Below are positions 31,473 through 41,265 of a stretch of DNA of 64,000 nt, piece after piece. The DNA comes from Candidatus Poribacteria bacterium. GTDB taxonomy: Bacteria > Poribacteria > WGA-4E > WGA-3G. Made by a program: the position numbers and the translations under genes. The notes beneath the pieces were generated by a model. The model made no database searches. It was not told the DNA's origin and saw only the letters and a program-made list of their open reading frames with translations. The number at the start of each line of letters is the position of its first letter. The first letter of the stretch is position 1. The stretch is taken from NCBI GenBank assembly GCA_965214095.1, contig OZ243938.1:1376001-1440000 (forward strand). Reading direction: 5' to 3'.

Positions 31473-32410
31473 ATGTCATTATCTTTACCAAATCTGTTAG
31501 ACGACCTAAATTCTGTTACTGCAATTCCTATCATTCCTTTCAATGGGAATGAAATTGATTATACCGGACATGCCAAGAACATTGACTATCTCATGACTAA
31601 CAACTACCTTGATGAAGGTCGAAAACGGGTAATCGCAATTGCTGGTACCAGTCTAATCCACCACATATCTGAAAAGGAACAGTTAAAACTCATTGATAAT
31701 ACGGGTAATCAGATGGGTTCAGATGGAATACTGATTTCGGGGATAGTTCCAAACCCAATAAATCAAGCAGGTCAACTGATAGAAGCACAATCTGATTTAA
31801 AAAGACCACCAGATGCATATCTACTGATGCCACTCACCGGAATTAGCAGTCCAGAAGGTATCTATGAACAGTATATGAAATTCGCTGATCACTATGGTAA
31901 TAGTTGTGACGCACGGTTTCTCTACTATTTTCGTCAAAACGCGATTTAGATGCTGTAATCCGTTTGTTGAACGATTCTCCTCATTTTATAGGTGTTAAAA
32001 TCGGAACAGATGAGGATGATGTACAACCACTCATAGAAGGTGTTCGAGACAACGGAATAATCATGTGGGGTATAGGAGACAGATGTACTCGACCTGCGCA
32101 ACTCGGAGCAAAAGGTCATACTTCTGGAATAGCAGTTGCTTATGCACGCGCATCGGATGAAATTAACAACGCGCAACGCCGTGCAGATTATGAAACTTCA
32201 GCACGCATTGAAGCAGACATTGCACCACTCGAAGAGATAAGGTTTTGGAATGGACGAGTCTACAATTATTCTGCTGTTGTTGAAACTATGATTCAAAGTG
32301 GATTTGAGGACATAGAAGCGGGTACAGGTGGACCATTCAACCCCCGTGTTCCCCAAGAAATACAAGAACAGCTACGCGGCATTACGAATGATTTGAAACG
32401 TTACCATTAA
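31473..32410 (+). pseudogene. DapA/DHDPS-like aldolase split by a 1-nt deletion (pseudogene or sequencing error)
   Basis: Adding one A to AAAA at 31936-31939 joins the ORFs (FRQKRDLDAVIRLLNDSPHFIGVKIG); IPIIPF, FLYY and catalytic Lys in GVK. Confidence 0.7.
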
Positions 32411-32489
32411 TCTAAAAAGGTCAAACATTTTAATCGCTCCTATCCTGTGATACATTGTCTAACATCCACTTCCAACAAGAAATACACCC

Positions 32490-34196
32490 ATGTCTTTTGA
32501 TACTTTAACCCTACATCATATAACCCACGAATTGTCTCAAACGCTTATTGGCGGTGCAATCCGACACATTGAACAAGCAAATCCCACCACATTTAACTTC
32601 AAGATATCAAAGGACACACAAATCTACTGGTTCACGATATCCGCACATTCTGTGCATGCCCGCGCACATCTGATTAACAAACCTCCACCCGGACAAAAGC
32701 AATCCTATTTTGCCGAATTTCTGTCTACACATCTGAAACACGGTAACATCATTGACATAGAACAACTTGGATGGGACAGAATATTGAAAATCACTGTTCA
32801 ACCCATTACAGATGAACCTATACAACCACCACCTAAGGCAATCATTGCAGAATTTATGGGGAAACATAGCAATATCATTCTTGTTGATTCTACAGATGAT
32901 AGAATACTGGAATGCCTGAAACATATTGATGAAACAATGAGCCGTTTCCGTGAAGTTCTGCCAGGAGACAATTATGTATTGCCCCCACAACAAGAGAAAA
33001 TAGATCCATTGACAATAGACAAAGCCACTTTCTCAGAACTTTTCTCACCCCCTGACGTAACATGGAAATCATTATTTAGTCAAATTGATGGATTAAGTCC
33101 CATACTTGCCAAGGAAATCATCGCACGTGCAGAGAAAACAGATCTATGGGATACATTCCAACAAGTTATAACCTATTTCAACCCAAATGATGGCACACCA
33201 AATCTATTGACAGAAGGAGATAATCCTTTAGCAGCCTATCCACTCAAATTACAACAATACCCGAATGCCACATCTCAACCTTATGAAACAATGAGTGACT
33301 CCCTCACAGCCTACTATGACGCTATCACAGAGAGAGAGACAGTTGCATCTGAAATACAAACGCTCACCCAAGCATTAGAAAAACAAAAGAGCATGTTAGG
33401 TAGAAAAGAAAAAGCATTACAGAGAGATTTAGAAAATGCTGAGAAATCGGAAGACTACAAAATCCAAGGAGAACTGCTGCTTGCTAACCTTCATAAAATC
33501 AGACGTGGACAAACACAGGTGGATATCCAAAACTACTATAGTCCAAATCTTGAAACTCTCACAATTAAACTAAATCCTGAGCAATCACCTTCGGATAATG
33601 CACAGTCTTATTTCAAGAAATATACCAAAGCAAAACGAGGGTATTCTCAGATACAACAACGGCTCGCTGAACTTGAGGCAGAGCAGAAGGTCATGGGGCG
33701 TTATAAAAATAAGGTAGCATCAGCAAATACACTCGAATCCTTACAACGACTTCATTCAGAATTCTTAGAAAACGGTTATATCAAAACACAAAAGCATAAG
33801 AAACAACAACAAACAAGTGATGGTCCCTATCGTAAATATATTTCAAAAAACGGTTTTCATATCTATGTTGGTAGAAACAGTCAATCCAACGATCTACTCT
33901 TACGAGAGATAGCGAAACCACGGGATATGTGGCTGCATGCAAAACAGATCCATGGGTCGCATGTCATCATCCGCAATCCAGAGAATCGACCAGACATCCC
34001 TATGCCAACACTCCTTCAAGCAGCGCAGCTTGCCGCATTTTACAGTAAAGCACATCACTCCAGTTATGTCCCTGTAGACTATACATGGGCAAGATATGTT
34101 GTAAAAAGAAAGGGTAATGTCGCAGGTTACGTCCACTATACACACGAGAAAACCTTGTATGTTGAGCCAGCAGTCCCTGAAACAAAGAACAAATGA
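32490..34196 (+). CDS. rqcH: NFACT/RqcH (FbpA) ribosome quality control protein
   Basis: MSFD, DRI, EFMGKHSNIIL, NAQSYFKKYTKAKR, VGRNSQSND, WLHAKQIHGSHV, VPVDYT. Confidence 0.9.
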   Translation: MSFDTLTLHHITHELSQTLIGGAIRHIEQANPTTFNFKISKDTQIYWFTISAHSVHARAHLINKPPPGQKQSYFAEFLSTHLKHGNIIDIEQLGWDRILKITVQPITDEPIQPPPKAIIAEFMGKHSNIILVDSTDDRILECLKHIDETMSRFREVLPGDNYVLPPQQEKIDPLTIDKATFSELFSPPDVTWKSLFSQIDGLSPILAKEIIARAEKTDLWDTFQQVITYFNPNDGTPNLLTEGDNPLAAYPLKLQQYPNATSQPYETMSDSLTAYYDAITERETVASEIQTLTQALEKQKSMLGRKEKALQRDLENAEKSEDYKIQGELLLANLHKIRRGQTQVDIQNYYSPNLETLTIKLNPEQSPSDNAQSYFKKYTKAKRGYSQIQQRLAELEAEQKVMGRYKNKVASANTLESLQRLHSEFLENGYIKTQKHKKQQQTSDGPYRKYISKNGFHIYVGRNSQSNDLLLREIAKPRDMWLHAKQIHGSHVIIRNPENRPDIPMPTLLQAAQLAAFYSKAHHSSYVPVDYTWARYVVKRKGNVAGYVHYTHEKTLYVEPAVPETKNK

Positions 34197-34359
34197 ACCG
34201 CATAATTGTTATCAAAGCTACTATATGAAATAGTTCAATGTTCTTCATTTTGTAATGCTATTCTATATTTACATACAAATTAAAATCCGAAAAAAATTGC
34301 ATTATTTTCGCTAAACTGTTAGACTCTTACCACAAATCTAAATTGTGAGGAAACAAATT

Positions 34360-35088
34360 ATGAAATTAGGTAAGTTCTTTGTAAGAATAGTCGTATTGTC
34401 TGCTATTACAGTTTTTTCTATCGGTCCATCTTATGCCTTAGAGGAATTTGTTCCAATTGACATTGAACCCTATTCAAATACAAAGTTAGTAGGACACGAA
34501 TGGTGGACACTGAATGCAGGAGACAATACATATTCACTGCTACCGATAGGTGAAGTTGGAGAGTTTGAAGGTCCTGACAAAAAAGTGGAATTCCAGATAA
34601 TTGATGGGGGTATCGTTCTCTTTGGCACAAATGCTGATAAATGGCCCAAAGCAGTCAATGATATTGCCGTTGAGGGTGTGGCAAAATCAATCTATTTCTT
34701 CCACGCAACGGGTTGGTCAGCAGCAGGACAACCAAGTTACAAGTTCGTAATGAATTACAAAGGTGGAACACAAGAAACGCTGGAGATGCAGACAAATATC
34801 AATTCCCATGATTGGTGTCATATAGAAAAGAATTTTGAAGACAAAAATTCTGTATGGGGTTGGACAGCAAACGAGAAACCTGCATGCAACAAAGCGGGAT
34901 TGATTACAACAAAATGGGAGAATCCGCATCCAAACACAGAGATAGTTTCAATAGATGCAGTCTCGTTAGAATTAGGTGCAGTACCTATTATCGTTGCGAT
35001 CTCTTTAGGGGACGGTTCACTTGATGTCCATCCGATTCAAAAAATGACCATAACCTGGGGTAGATTGAAAAATTCATTAGGTAATTAG
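34360..35088 (+). CDS. Secreted hypothetical protein with a TWGxLK C-terminal tail
   Basis: Signal peptide; beta-rich domain (WENPHP); tail DVHPIQKMTITWGRLK. Confidence 0.75.
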   Translation: MKLGKFFVRIVVLSAITVFSIGPSYALEEFVPIDIEPYSNTKLVGHEWWTLNAGDNTYSLLPIGEVGEFEGPDKKVEFQIIDGGIVLFGTNADKWPKAVNDIAVEGVAKSIYFFHATGWSAAGQPSYKFVMNYKGGTQETLEMQTNINSHDWCHIEKNFEDKNSVWGWTANEKPACNKAGLITTKWENPHPNTEIVSIDAVSLELGAVPIIVAISLGDGSLDVHPIQKMTITWGRLKNSLGN

Positions 35089-35169
35089 TTCATAACCTAT
35101 TAGCAAACGATAAATACACTAACTTAGCGTATGTAGTTTTCTTTTAAAACATATCGTGACCTATTGTAT

Positions 35170-35194
35170 GGCGGGGTCTTTCTTCCCCGCCTTT
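35170..35194 (+). terminator. Intrinsic terminator
   Basis: GGCGGGG-loop-CCCCGCC followed by TTT. Confidence 0.6.
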
Positions 35195-35254
35195 GTCTGT
35201 ACAATAATCTTCTTGAAATAAAGTTTATGATGAGGTCTCCTAATCACGAAAAAG

Positions 35255-35283
35255 TTGACTTTACCTAAAGTGCATGCTATAAT
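35255..35283 (+). promoter_or_regulatory. Sigma-70 promoter of groEL
   Basis: TTGACT-N17-TATAAT with extended -10 TG. Confidence 0.75.
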
Positions 35284-35343
35284 TTTATATCTCAAAGAAC
35301 TATGATTACTACATATTTTAACATTATTTGAGGAGGCCTTTTT

Positions 35344-36978
35344 ATGCCTGCAAAACAAATCATCTTTGACGAAGGTGCCAGAGCTGCACTCAAACGGGGG
35401 GCAGATACTCTGGCAAATGCAGTAAAAGTGACACTTGGTCCACGGGGACGCAATGTCGTCATTCAAAAATCTTTTGGTGCACCATTAGTAACATGTGATG
35501 GAGTCACAGTCGCAAAAGAAATAGAACTGCCAGATCCCTATGAGAATATGGGGGCACAATTGCTGGAATCTATCGCCACAAAAACTAACGATATTGCCGG
35601 AGATGGAACAACTACCGCAACTATATTAGGACAAGAAATCCTTCACGAAGGACTAAAAAACGTTACAGCAGGTGCTGACCCAATGCAGCTGAAAATTGGA
35701 ATCGACAAAGCTGTAGATACGGCAGTTACTGCAATAACATCACAAAGTCGTGCTGTCGATACACATGAAGATATCGTTCATGTCGCCTCAATTGCAGCAA
35801 ATGATCCAGCGAATGATAGCAATATCGGAAACATCATTGCTGAAGCAATTGAGAAAGTAGGGAATGATGGAGCAATTACAATTGAGGAAGGAAAAACTGC
35901 GGAGACTGATGTGGACATCGTTGAAGGAATGCAGTTTGATAGAGGATTCCTATCACCACATTTTGTTACAGACGAAAATGAACAAGTTGTTGAATTAGAA
36001 AATCCGTATATTCTTATCAATGCAGATAAAATTACAACGGTTGCTGATCTAGTACCGATTATGGAAAAAGTTATGCAACTTGGTCGTCCCTTGCTAATCA
36101 TTGCTGAGGATGTGGAAGGTGAAGCACTTTCAACATTGGTCGTTAACAAACTACGTGGCACACTACAAGTTGCTGCAGTAAAAGCTCCTGGATTCGGGGA
36201 CAAACGCAAGGAAATGCTTGAAGATTTAGCCGTGTTAACTGCAGGACAAGTTATCTCAGAAGATACAGGAATACGTTTGGAGAACATCGTTGTCGGAATG
36301 TTGGGAACCGCAAGACGTGTTTCAATTGATAAAGAGAACACCACTATAGTCGGAGGGTATGGAGCAAGGGAGAGTGTTGAAGGCAGAGTTGCTCAGATAC
36401 GCACACAAATTGAAGATACAACATCCGAATATGACCGGGAAAAACTTGAAGAAAGACTCGCAAAACTCGCTGGTGGTGTCGCTGTTGTCAATGTCGGGGC
36501 TGCAACTGAAGTTGAAATGAAAGAGAAAAAAGCAAGATGTGAAGACGCTCTCGCAGCAACACGGGCTGCTATTGAAGAAGGTATCGTACCTGGAGGTGGC
36601 ACAGCACTCTTACGCGCAATTTCAGATGTTGATGCCCTTGAACTTCAAGGTGACCAGAATACCGGAAAGAAGATCGTTCTTGAGGCATTACGGGCTCCTA
36701 TCCGTGCTATCGCTGAGAATGCTGGAATGGAAGGTGCAGTCGTATTGGCTAAGGTTGAAAGCGGAGATACTAACTACGGATTCAATGCAGCAACTGAACA
36801 ATATGGAGATATGCTTGAATACGGGGTAATTGATCCAACAAAAGTTGTCAGGTCTGCATTACAAAATGCAAGTAGCATCGCAGGGTTGCTACTAACTACT
36901 GAAACATTGATCACTGAGATTGAAGAACCGCCAGACTTTTCTGATATGGGTGATCCACACGACGATTATATGCATTAA
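35344..36978 (+). CDS. groEL: Chaperonin GroEL
   Basis: [36 protein letters not shown]. Confidence 0.97.
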   Translation: MPAKQIIFDEGARAALKRGADTLANAVKVTLGPRGRNVVIQKSFGAPLVTCDGVTVAKEIELPDPYENMGAQLLESIATKTNDIAGDGTTTATILGQEILHEGLKNVTAGADPMQLKIGIDKAVDTAVTAITSQSRAVDTHEDIVHVASIAANDPANDSNIGNIIAEAIEKVGNDGAITIEEGKTAETDVDIVEGMQFDRGFLSPHFVTDENEQVVELENPYILINADKITTVADLVPIMEKVMQLGRPLLIIAEDVEGEALSTLVVNKLRGTLQVAAVKAPGFGDKRKEMLEDLAVLTAGQVISEDTGIRLENIVVGMLGTARRVSIDKENTTIVGGYGARESVEGRVAQIRTQIEDTTSEYDREKLEERLAKLAGGVAVVNVGAATEVEMKEKKARCEDALAATRAAIEEGIVPGGGTALLRAISDVDALELQGDQNTGKKIVLEALRAPIRAIAENAGMEGAVVLAKVESGDTNYGFNAATEQYGDMLEYGVIDPTKVVRSALQNASSIAGLLLTTETLITEIEEPPDFSDMGDPHDDYMH

Positions 36979-37047
36979 TATTGATACAGAATTGTGTAAC
37001 TCTGTTTCAATATTATGAGACAAATTTAGAAACACAATATTCAGTTC

Positions 37048-37085
37048 TATGTAAGCGCGTGTCTAATATGATGCGCGCTTACATA
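37048..37085. terminator. Long hairpin between convergent genes
   Basis: TATGTAAGCGCG...CGCGCTTACATA 12-bp stem. Confidence 0.65.
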
Positions 37086-37105
37086 CTTACTCATCTTACC
37101 TAACA

Positions 37106-37573
37106 CTAAGCACGGAACCGAGCAACCATTCCACTATCCCAATCACAATCTAAACAGAACATCTCGGATGGACCTAAATACTGGATTTTCTTACTGCCAC
37201 AGGTAGGACATTCTGTGACTTTATTCACCGATTCCAAACTTTCAGATTGCTGATATATGTTCAGATGGTAGACCTTCATCACACCGGAATACCGATGTCC
37301 CAATGGACACCGAATCTGTTTCGTTTCTTCACTCTCAAATCGTTCAATGAGTTCACGGAGAAACTTTAATGGATGATGGCAAATTGGGCATGGATTCGGC
37401 ACCAATTCCTTCACCACGATTATATCTGTATTCTCTGACCGAACAGTGACCGGTAATGAAAGTTGACTCTCAAGCCTCAAAGACTCGCCATCTTGTGACT
37501 CGGATGATTCAAGACGTTCTGTAACAACTTTAGCATAACTTTCAGGACTCAGTACTACAGTTGTAGGCACCAT
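37106..37573 (-). CDS. Hypothetical protein with two Zn-ribbon-like motifs
   Basis: CPIC...CPLGH and CPTC...FCLDCDWD. Confidence 0.65.
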   Translation of the reverse strand: MVPTTVVLSPESYAKVVTERLESSESQDGESLRLESQLSLPVTVRSENTDIIVVKELVPNPCPICHHPLKFLRELIERFESEETKQIRCPLGHRYSGVMKVYHLNIYQQSESLESVNKVTECPTCGSKKIQYLGPSEMFCLDCDWDSGMVARFRA

Positions 37574-37708
37574 GGTTCCACCTTTTAAACTTGAGATTAA
37601 TCTGTAGATTCGTTCTAAAATGGTCAGGTACCTCCTAAATCAACACTGTATTAACTCACCTGAGTACAAAGTCATGCTATATTGTATTGACTTTATACAA
37701 CACCTTCT

Positions 37709-38059
37709 TTAATTTGAAGATTCTGCTGATAGCAACTGTTCACGAGTCCGCGCAAGTGAAGATGATCCGCGCTGTGTACGATACGCATCTTCAGTCTGTT
37801 TCCGTATGATAAGAAGATCGTCACCATCACGTTCAATTAAGTCGCCAGTAAGTAAAGCAATATCAAATTTTCTCATGCTTGTCAAAAAGTTAATAGTAAC
37901 TCTTCCTGCTCCCTCAAGATGAATCTTCCAACCATTTTCTGTCTTAACTCGGTTGTAACGTTGTGGAATCTCCAAGGATTGCATCTGCTGGACATTAATG
38001 AGAGTAACACTTTCTCCAGTGTTATTAGTTGATTCTTCCATCGTATTTTCGTCTGCCAT
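37709..38059 (-). CDS. Hypothetical protein
   Basis: 116-aa ORF with an upstream AAGGA; no recognised motif. Confidence 0.6.
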   Translation of the reverse strand: MADENTMEESTNNTGESVTLINVQQMQSLEIPQRYNRVKTENGWKIHLEGAGRVTINFLTSMRKFDIALLTGDLIERDGDDLLIIRKQTEDAYRTQRGSSSLARTREQLLSAESSN

Positions 38060-38159
38060 TATAGTTTCACTTCCTTAATTTATAGACTTTACACAATTTT
38101 ATCTAATACAACCCCACTTTGTCAACCTATTTTATATATCTACTTAAACCATAAACTGG

Positions 38160-38188
38160 TTGCAATATATCTAATGATATTGTAAAAT
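38160..38188 (+). promoter_or_regulatory. Sigma-70-like promoter
   Basis: TTGCAA-N17-TAAAAT upstream of the 38226 ATG. Confidence 0.5.
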
Positions 38189-38225
38189 ACCCACAAGTTA
38201 TACATATATCAGGAGAACATTCCAA

Positions 38226-39176
38226 ATGCTAAAAGCTGGATTTATTGGTGCTGGTGGACGAAGTCAGGGTGCACACTACCCCAGTGTTAATCGTCTTGAA
38301 GATGATGTTGAAATGTCCGCTGCATGTGAACTTGATGAGAATAAGTTAGCGCAAGTCACACAAAAATATGAGTTTCCACATACATTTACAGACCACCGTA
38401 AAATGCTTGATACGGTGGATTTAGACATCGTGTATTGTGTGATGAATGAAAAGTGGATTTTGCAGCCCGCGTTAGATTGTCTAAATGCAGGAAAACACCT
38501 ATTCATAGAAAAACCACCCGGTGCAACAAGTGATGAAACACAACAATTACTGGATGCTGCTGTGGCTAACGATGTCTACTGTATGGTCGGATTCCAACGA
38601 AGATTTGCAGCAGTAACACGCGAAGCCATGCGACGTGTCGCCGAAAAAGGACCAGTTTCATTAGCAGTCACAACATTTAATAAGCAGATGATCGGCGGCA
38701 ACAGAGAATTTACAACAACACTTTGGAACGATGTCTGTCACGTCGTTGATCTGCTCCGGTATATGGCAGGCGGTGAACCTGTTGAAGTTTCCGCACACCG
38801 AGACAAATTCGGGGCAGAACAACGCAACTTCTATACTGCCTTTGTCCGTTTTGATAACAACGTCACTGGTGTCGTCTTTGGAAATCGCGCTTCTGGTGGA
38901 CGCGTGCTACGTTCTGAATTACACGGTGTTGGTATTGGATGTTATATGAAAATTCCTGAAGAGATTGAAATATATGAGAACAATCAAAGAAATGTTATGG
39001 GTGGTTGGGAAGTTGATGGAGTAGACGAACGCGATGGTGCAAGTTATGAAGGTGTCCTCACAATGCATCAACATTTCGTAGACTGTGTCCGAAACAAAAA
39101 AGTGCCATTAACAGACCTTCGTGATGTCATTCATTCTATACATCTTGTTGATCAAATTGAGGGACCTCTGGAATAG
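38226..39176 (+). CDS. Gfo/Idh/MocA oxidoreductase
   Basis: GFIGAG, EKP, VGFQRRF, DVCHVVDL. Confidence 0.9.
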   Translation: MLKAGFIGAGGRSQGAHYPSVNRLEDDVEMSAACELDENKLAQVTQKYEFPHTFTDHRKMLDTVDLDIVYCVMNEKWILQPALDCLNAGKHLFIEKPPGATSDETQQLLDAAVANDVYCMVGFQRRFAAVTREAMRRVAEKGPVSLAVTTFNKQMIGGNREFTTTLWNDVCHVVDLLRYMAGGEPVEVSAHRDKFGAEQRNFYTAFVRFDNNVTGVVFGNRASGGRVLRSELHGVGIGCYMKIPEEIEIYENNQRNVMGGWEVDGVDERDGASYEGVLTMHQHFVDCVRNKKVPLTDLRDVIHSIHLVDQIEGPLE

Positions 39177-39191
39177 AATTAATCAGGAGAA

Positions 39192-40061
39192 TTGATTATG
39201 CTTGATGACCGTCATCTTCAGCATCAAATTACTGATGATCAACTATGTGCATTGAATACTGATGGATATTTCATCGTGGAAGATGCACTGCCATTGGATC
39301 TCGTTGTAGAATTGGAAAAACGTATAGATGCAATCTATAAGGTTCATTTAGATGCTGAATATGATCCATATAGAAAAAGACAGATGACACCACACGACAA
39401 CTTCTTTTATCCTAATTTTCTTGGCAAAGACCAACTCTTTGTTAACGTTCTGGATTGGTATAAAACCTTCCCAAAGGTTTGGGGTATTTTGGGGTGGAAC
39501 ATCTATTCCTATCATAGTCATTTCATAATCACACCCCCACGACCGGAATCTCAACGCGGTAAAACTGCACCTCTCGGTTGGCATCAAGACAGTGGTCGTG
39601 TGAACATAGAAATAGAGAGTTCTCCTCGTCCCCGTCTATCAATCAAAATCGTCTACTGGCTTTCTGACTGTTCTGTAGGGGGACGAGGCAATTTCTATGT
39701 CATGCCGGGAAGTCATCTATGGGATACTTTAGATCGTCCCTCAGACGGTTCACTACCTGAAGGTGCGACTGCGGTTTGTTGTAAACCAGGTGATGCAGTC
39801 TTCTTTGATAGACGAATTTGGCATGCCCGTAGTGAAAACAACTCAGACATCACACGGAAAGGTCTGTTCTACGGATATGGATACCGTTGGTTGCGAAGCA
39901 AAGACGACATGACGATCCCATCCGATCTGTTCAATCAGAACGATCCAATACGTCAGCAACTCCTCGGTGGCGGCACGAATGCAAATGGTCATTTTTCACC
40001 GAAGGATACTGATGTACCGTTAAAGATCTGGCTTGAAGAAAAGGGTGTTATTTCAAAGTAA
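39192..40061 (+). CDS. Phytanoyl-CoA dioxygenase (PhyH)-family Fe/2OG oxygenase
   Basis: WHQD, PGSHL, PGDAVFFDRRIWH. Confidence 0.88.
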   Translation: MIMLDDRHLQHQITDDQLCALNTDGYFIVEDALPLDLVVELEKRIDAIYKVHLDAEYDPYRKRQMTPHDNFFYPNFLGKDQLFVNVLDWYKTFPKVWGILGWNIYSYHSHFIITPPRPESQRGKTAPLGWHQDSGRVNIEIESSPRPRLSIKIVYWLSDCSVGGRGNFYVMPGSHLWDTLDRPSDGSLPEGATAVCCKPGDAVFFDRRIWHARSENNSDITRKGLFYGYGYRWLRSKDDMTIPSDLFNQNDPIRQQLLGGGTNANGHFSPKDTDVPLKIWLEEKGVISK

Positions 40062-40065
40062 AGGC

Positions 40066-40094
40066 TTGACATTTTGATTAATCAATGATATGGT
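40066..40094 (+). promoter_or_regulatory. Sigma-70 promoter upstream of the peroxiredoxin
   Basis: TTGACA-N17-TATGGT with extended TG. Confidence 0.5.
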
Positions 40095-40245
40095 TAAATA
40101 ACATCGTAGATGTAGGTGAACAACCATTCACTATTTACGGTGTTTATAAATTCTACATTGAACGTCCGAATAAACCTAATTGAACTTTTATTCAGGATGG
40201 GTTAGGAAACTACACCTACTCAGATTAGAATATTGAGGTATAGAA

Positions 40246-41265
40246 ATGTTTCAAAGAGTATCTTTTTACACTGCTGGCGTTGTACTACTTATAGTTTTAT
40301 TGTCAACCCCAGTAATTACAGCGGAGAATGAAGTGGAAAAACCGAAAGAACTTGAAGTGGGGATGATTGCCCCAAATTTTACACTAAAAGATGAGACCGA
40401 TACCGACCGAAATCTAAACGAATTCTTAGGTAAGAAAAATGTTGTACTTGCATTTTACCCGAAAGACTTTACAGGTGGATGAACAGCAGAACTTCAGTCG
40501 CTCCGGGATAAATTGAGCGACATAGAAAAAACCGAAACTGTACTGTTAGGAGTCAGTGTTGACACTGTCGATTCACATAAAAGGTTTGTGGACGAAAACA
40601 AGTTCGGATTTTCACTATTAGCTGATACGGAATTTGAGATTAGCAAACAATATAGCGGTATAATGGAAAGGTTCAACGCATCAAATCGTGTGACCTTCAT
40701 TATTGATAAAGCAGGATATATCCGTGCGATTGATAAAAAAGTCAATGTAAGAACGCATGGTGAAGATGTTGTTAAACAAATAAAGGAAGCAATACCGAAA
40801 ATAGAAGTTGGTCAACTTGCACCCGAATTCTTCACAGAGGATGGAGAAGGGAAAATCCATCAACTCAGTAAACTACGTGAAAAAAAGAATGTTGTCCTTG
40901 CATTTTATCCGCGAGATTTTGGACGTGGCTGAACGGCTGAAGTTTGCTCGCTCCGTGATGAGTCGAGCGGTTTTGCTGAACACAATGTTCAAGTCTTCGG
41001 TATTACTCACAACGATCTTGAGTCCAGACAAAAGTTTGCAGAAGATAATAAATTGAACTTCCCGCTTTTGGTAGATACCCAGAAAAATCTTGCATTACTC
41101 TTTGGTGCTGCAAAGAAACCAGACGATGAACGTTTGAAACGGCTGACAATTATCATTGACAAAGAAGGTAAAATCGTCAAGATTGACAAAGAGGTTAACC
41201 CAAGCACACACGGTGCGGATTTAGTGAAATTCTTCAAAAATCCTGAAACACCACAGAACAATTGA
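40246..41265 (+). CDS. Secreted tandem BCP/PrxQ peroxiredoxin, 339 aa, with two predicted selenocysteines (U79, U229)
   Basis: ORFs 40246, 40513 and 41053 share one frame; TGA at 40480 (FYPKDFTGG-U-TAE) and 40930 (FYPRDFGRG-U-TAEVC) occupy the peroxidatic Cys position. Confidence 0.85.
40497..40521 (+). promoter_or_regulatory. SECIS-like hairpin 1
   Basis: GTCGCTC-CGGGATAAATT-GAGCGAC, 14 nt after the TGA at 40480. Confidence 0.65.
40946..40968 (+). promoter_or_regulatory. SECIS-like hairpin 2
   Basis: GCTCGCTC-CGTGAT-GAG(T)CGAGC, 13 nt after the TGA at 40930. Confidence 0.65.

Noticed and set aside
40480-40932. Genome-wide UGA reassignment (genetic code 4 or 25) as the explanation for the in-frame TGAs
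   Set aside because: RF2 with its UGA frameshift is present, several genes end in TGA, and other long ORFs contain no internal TGA
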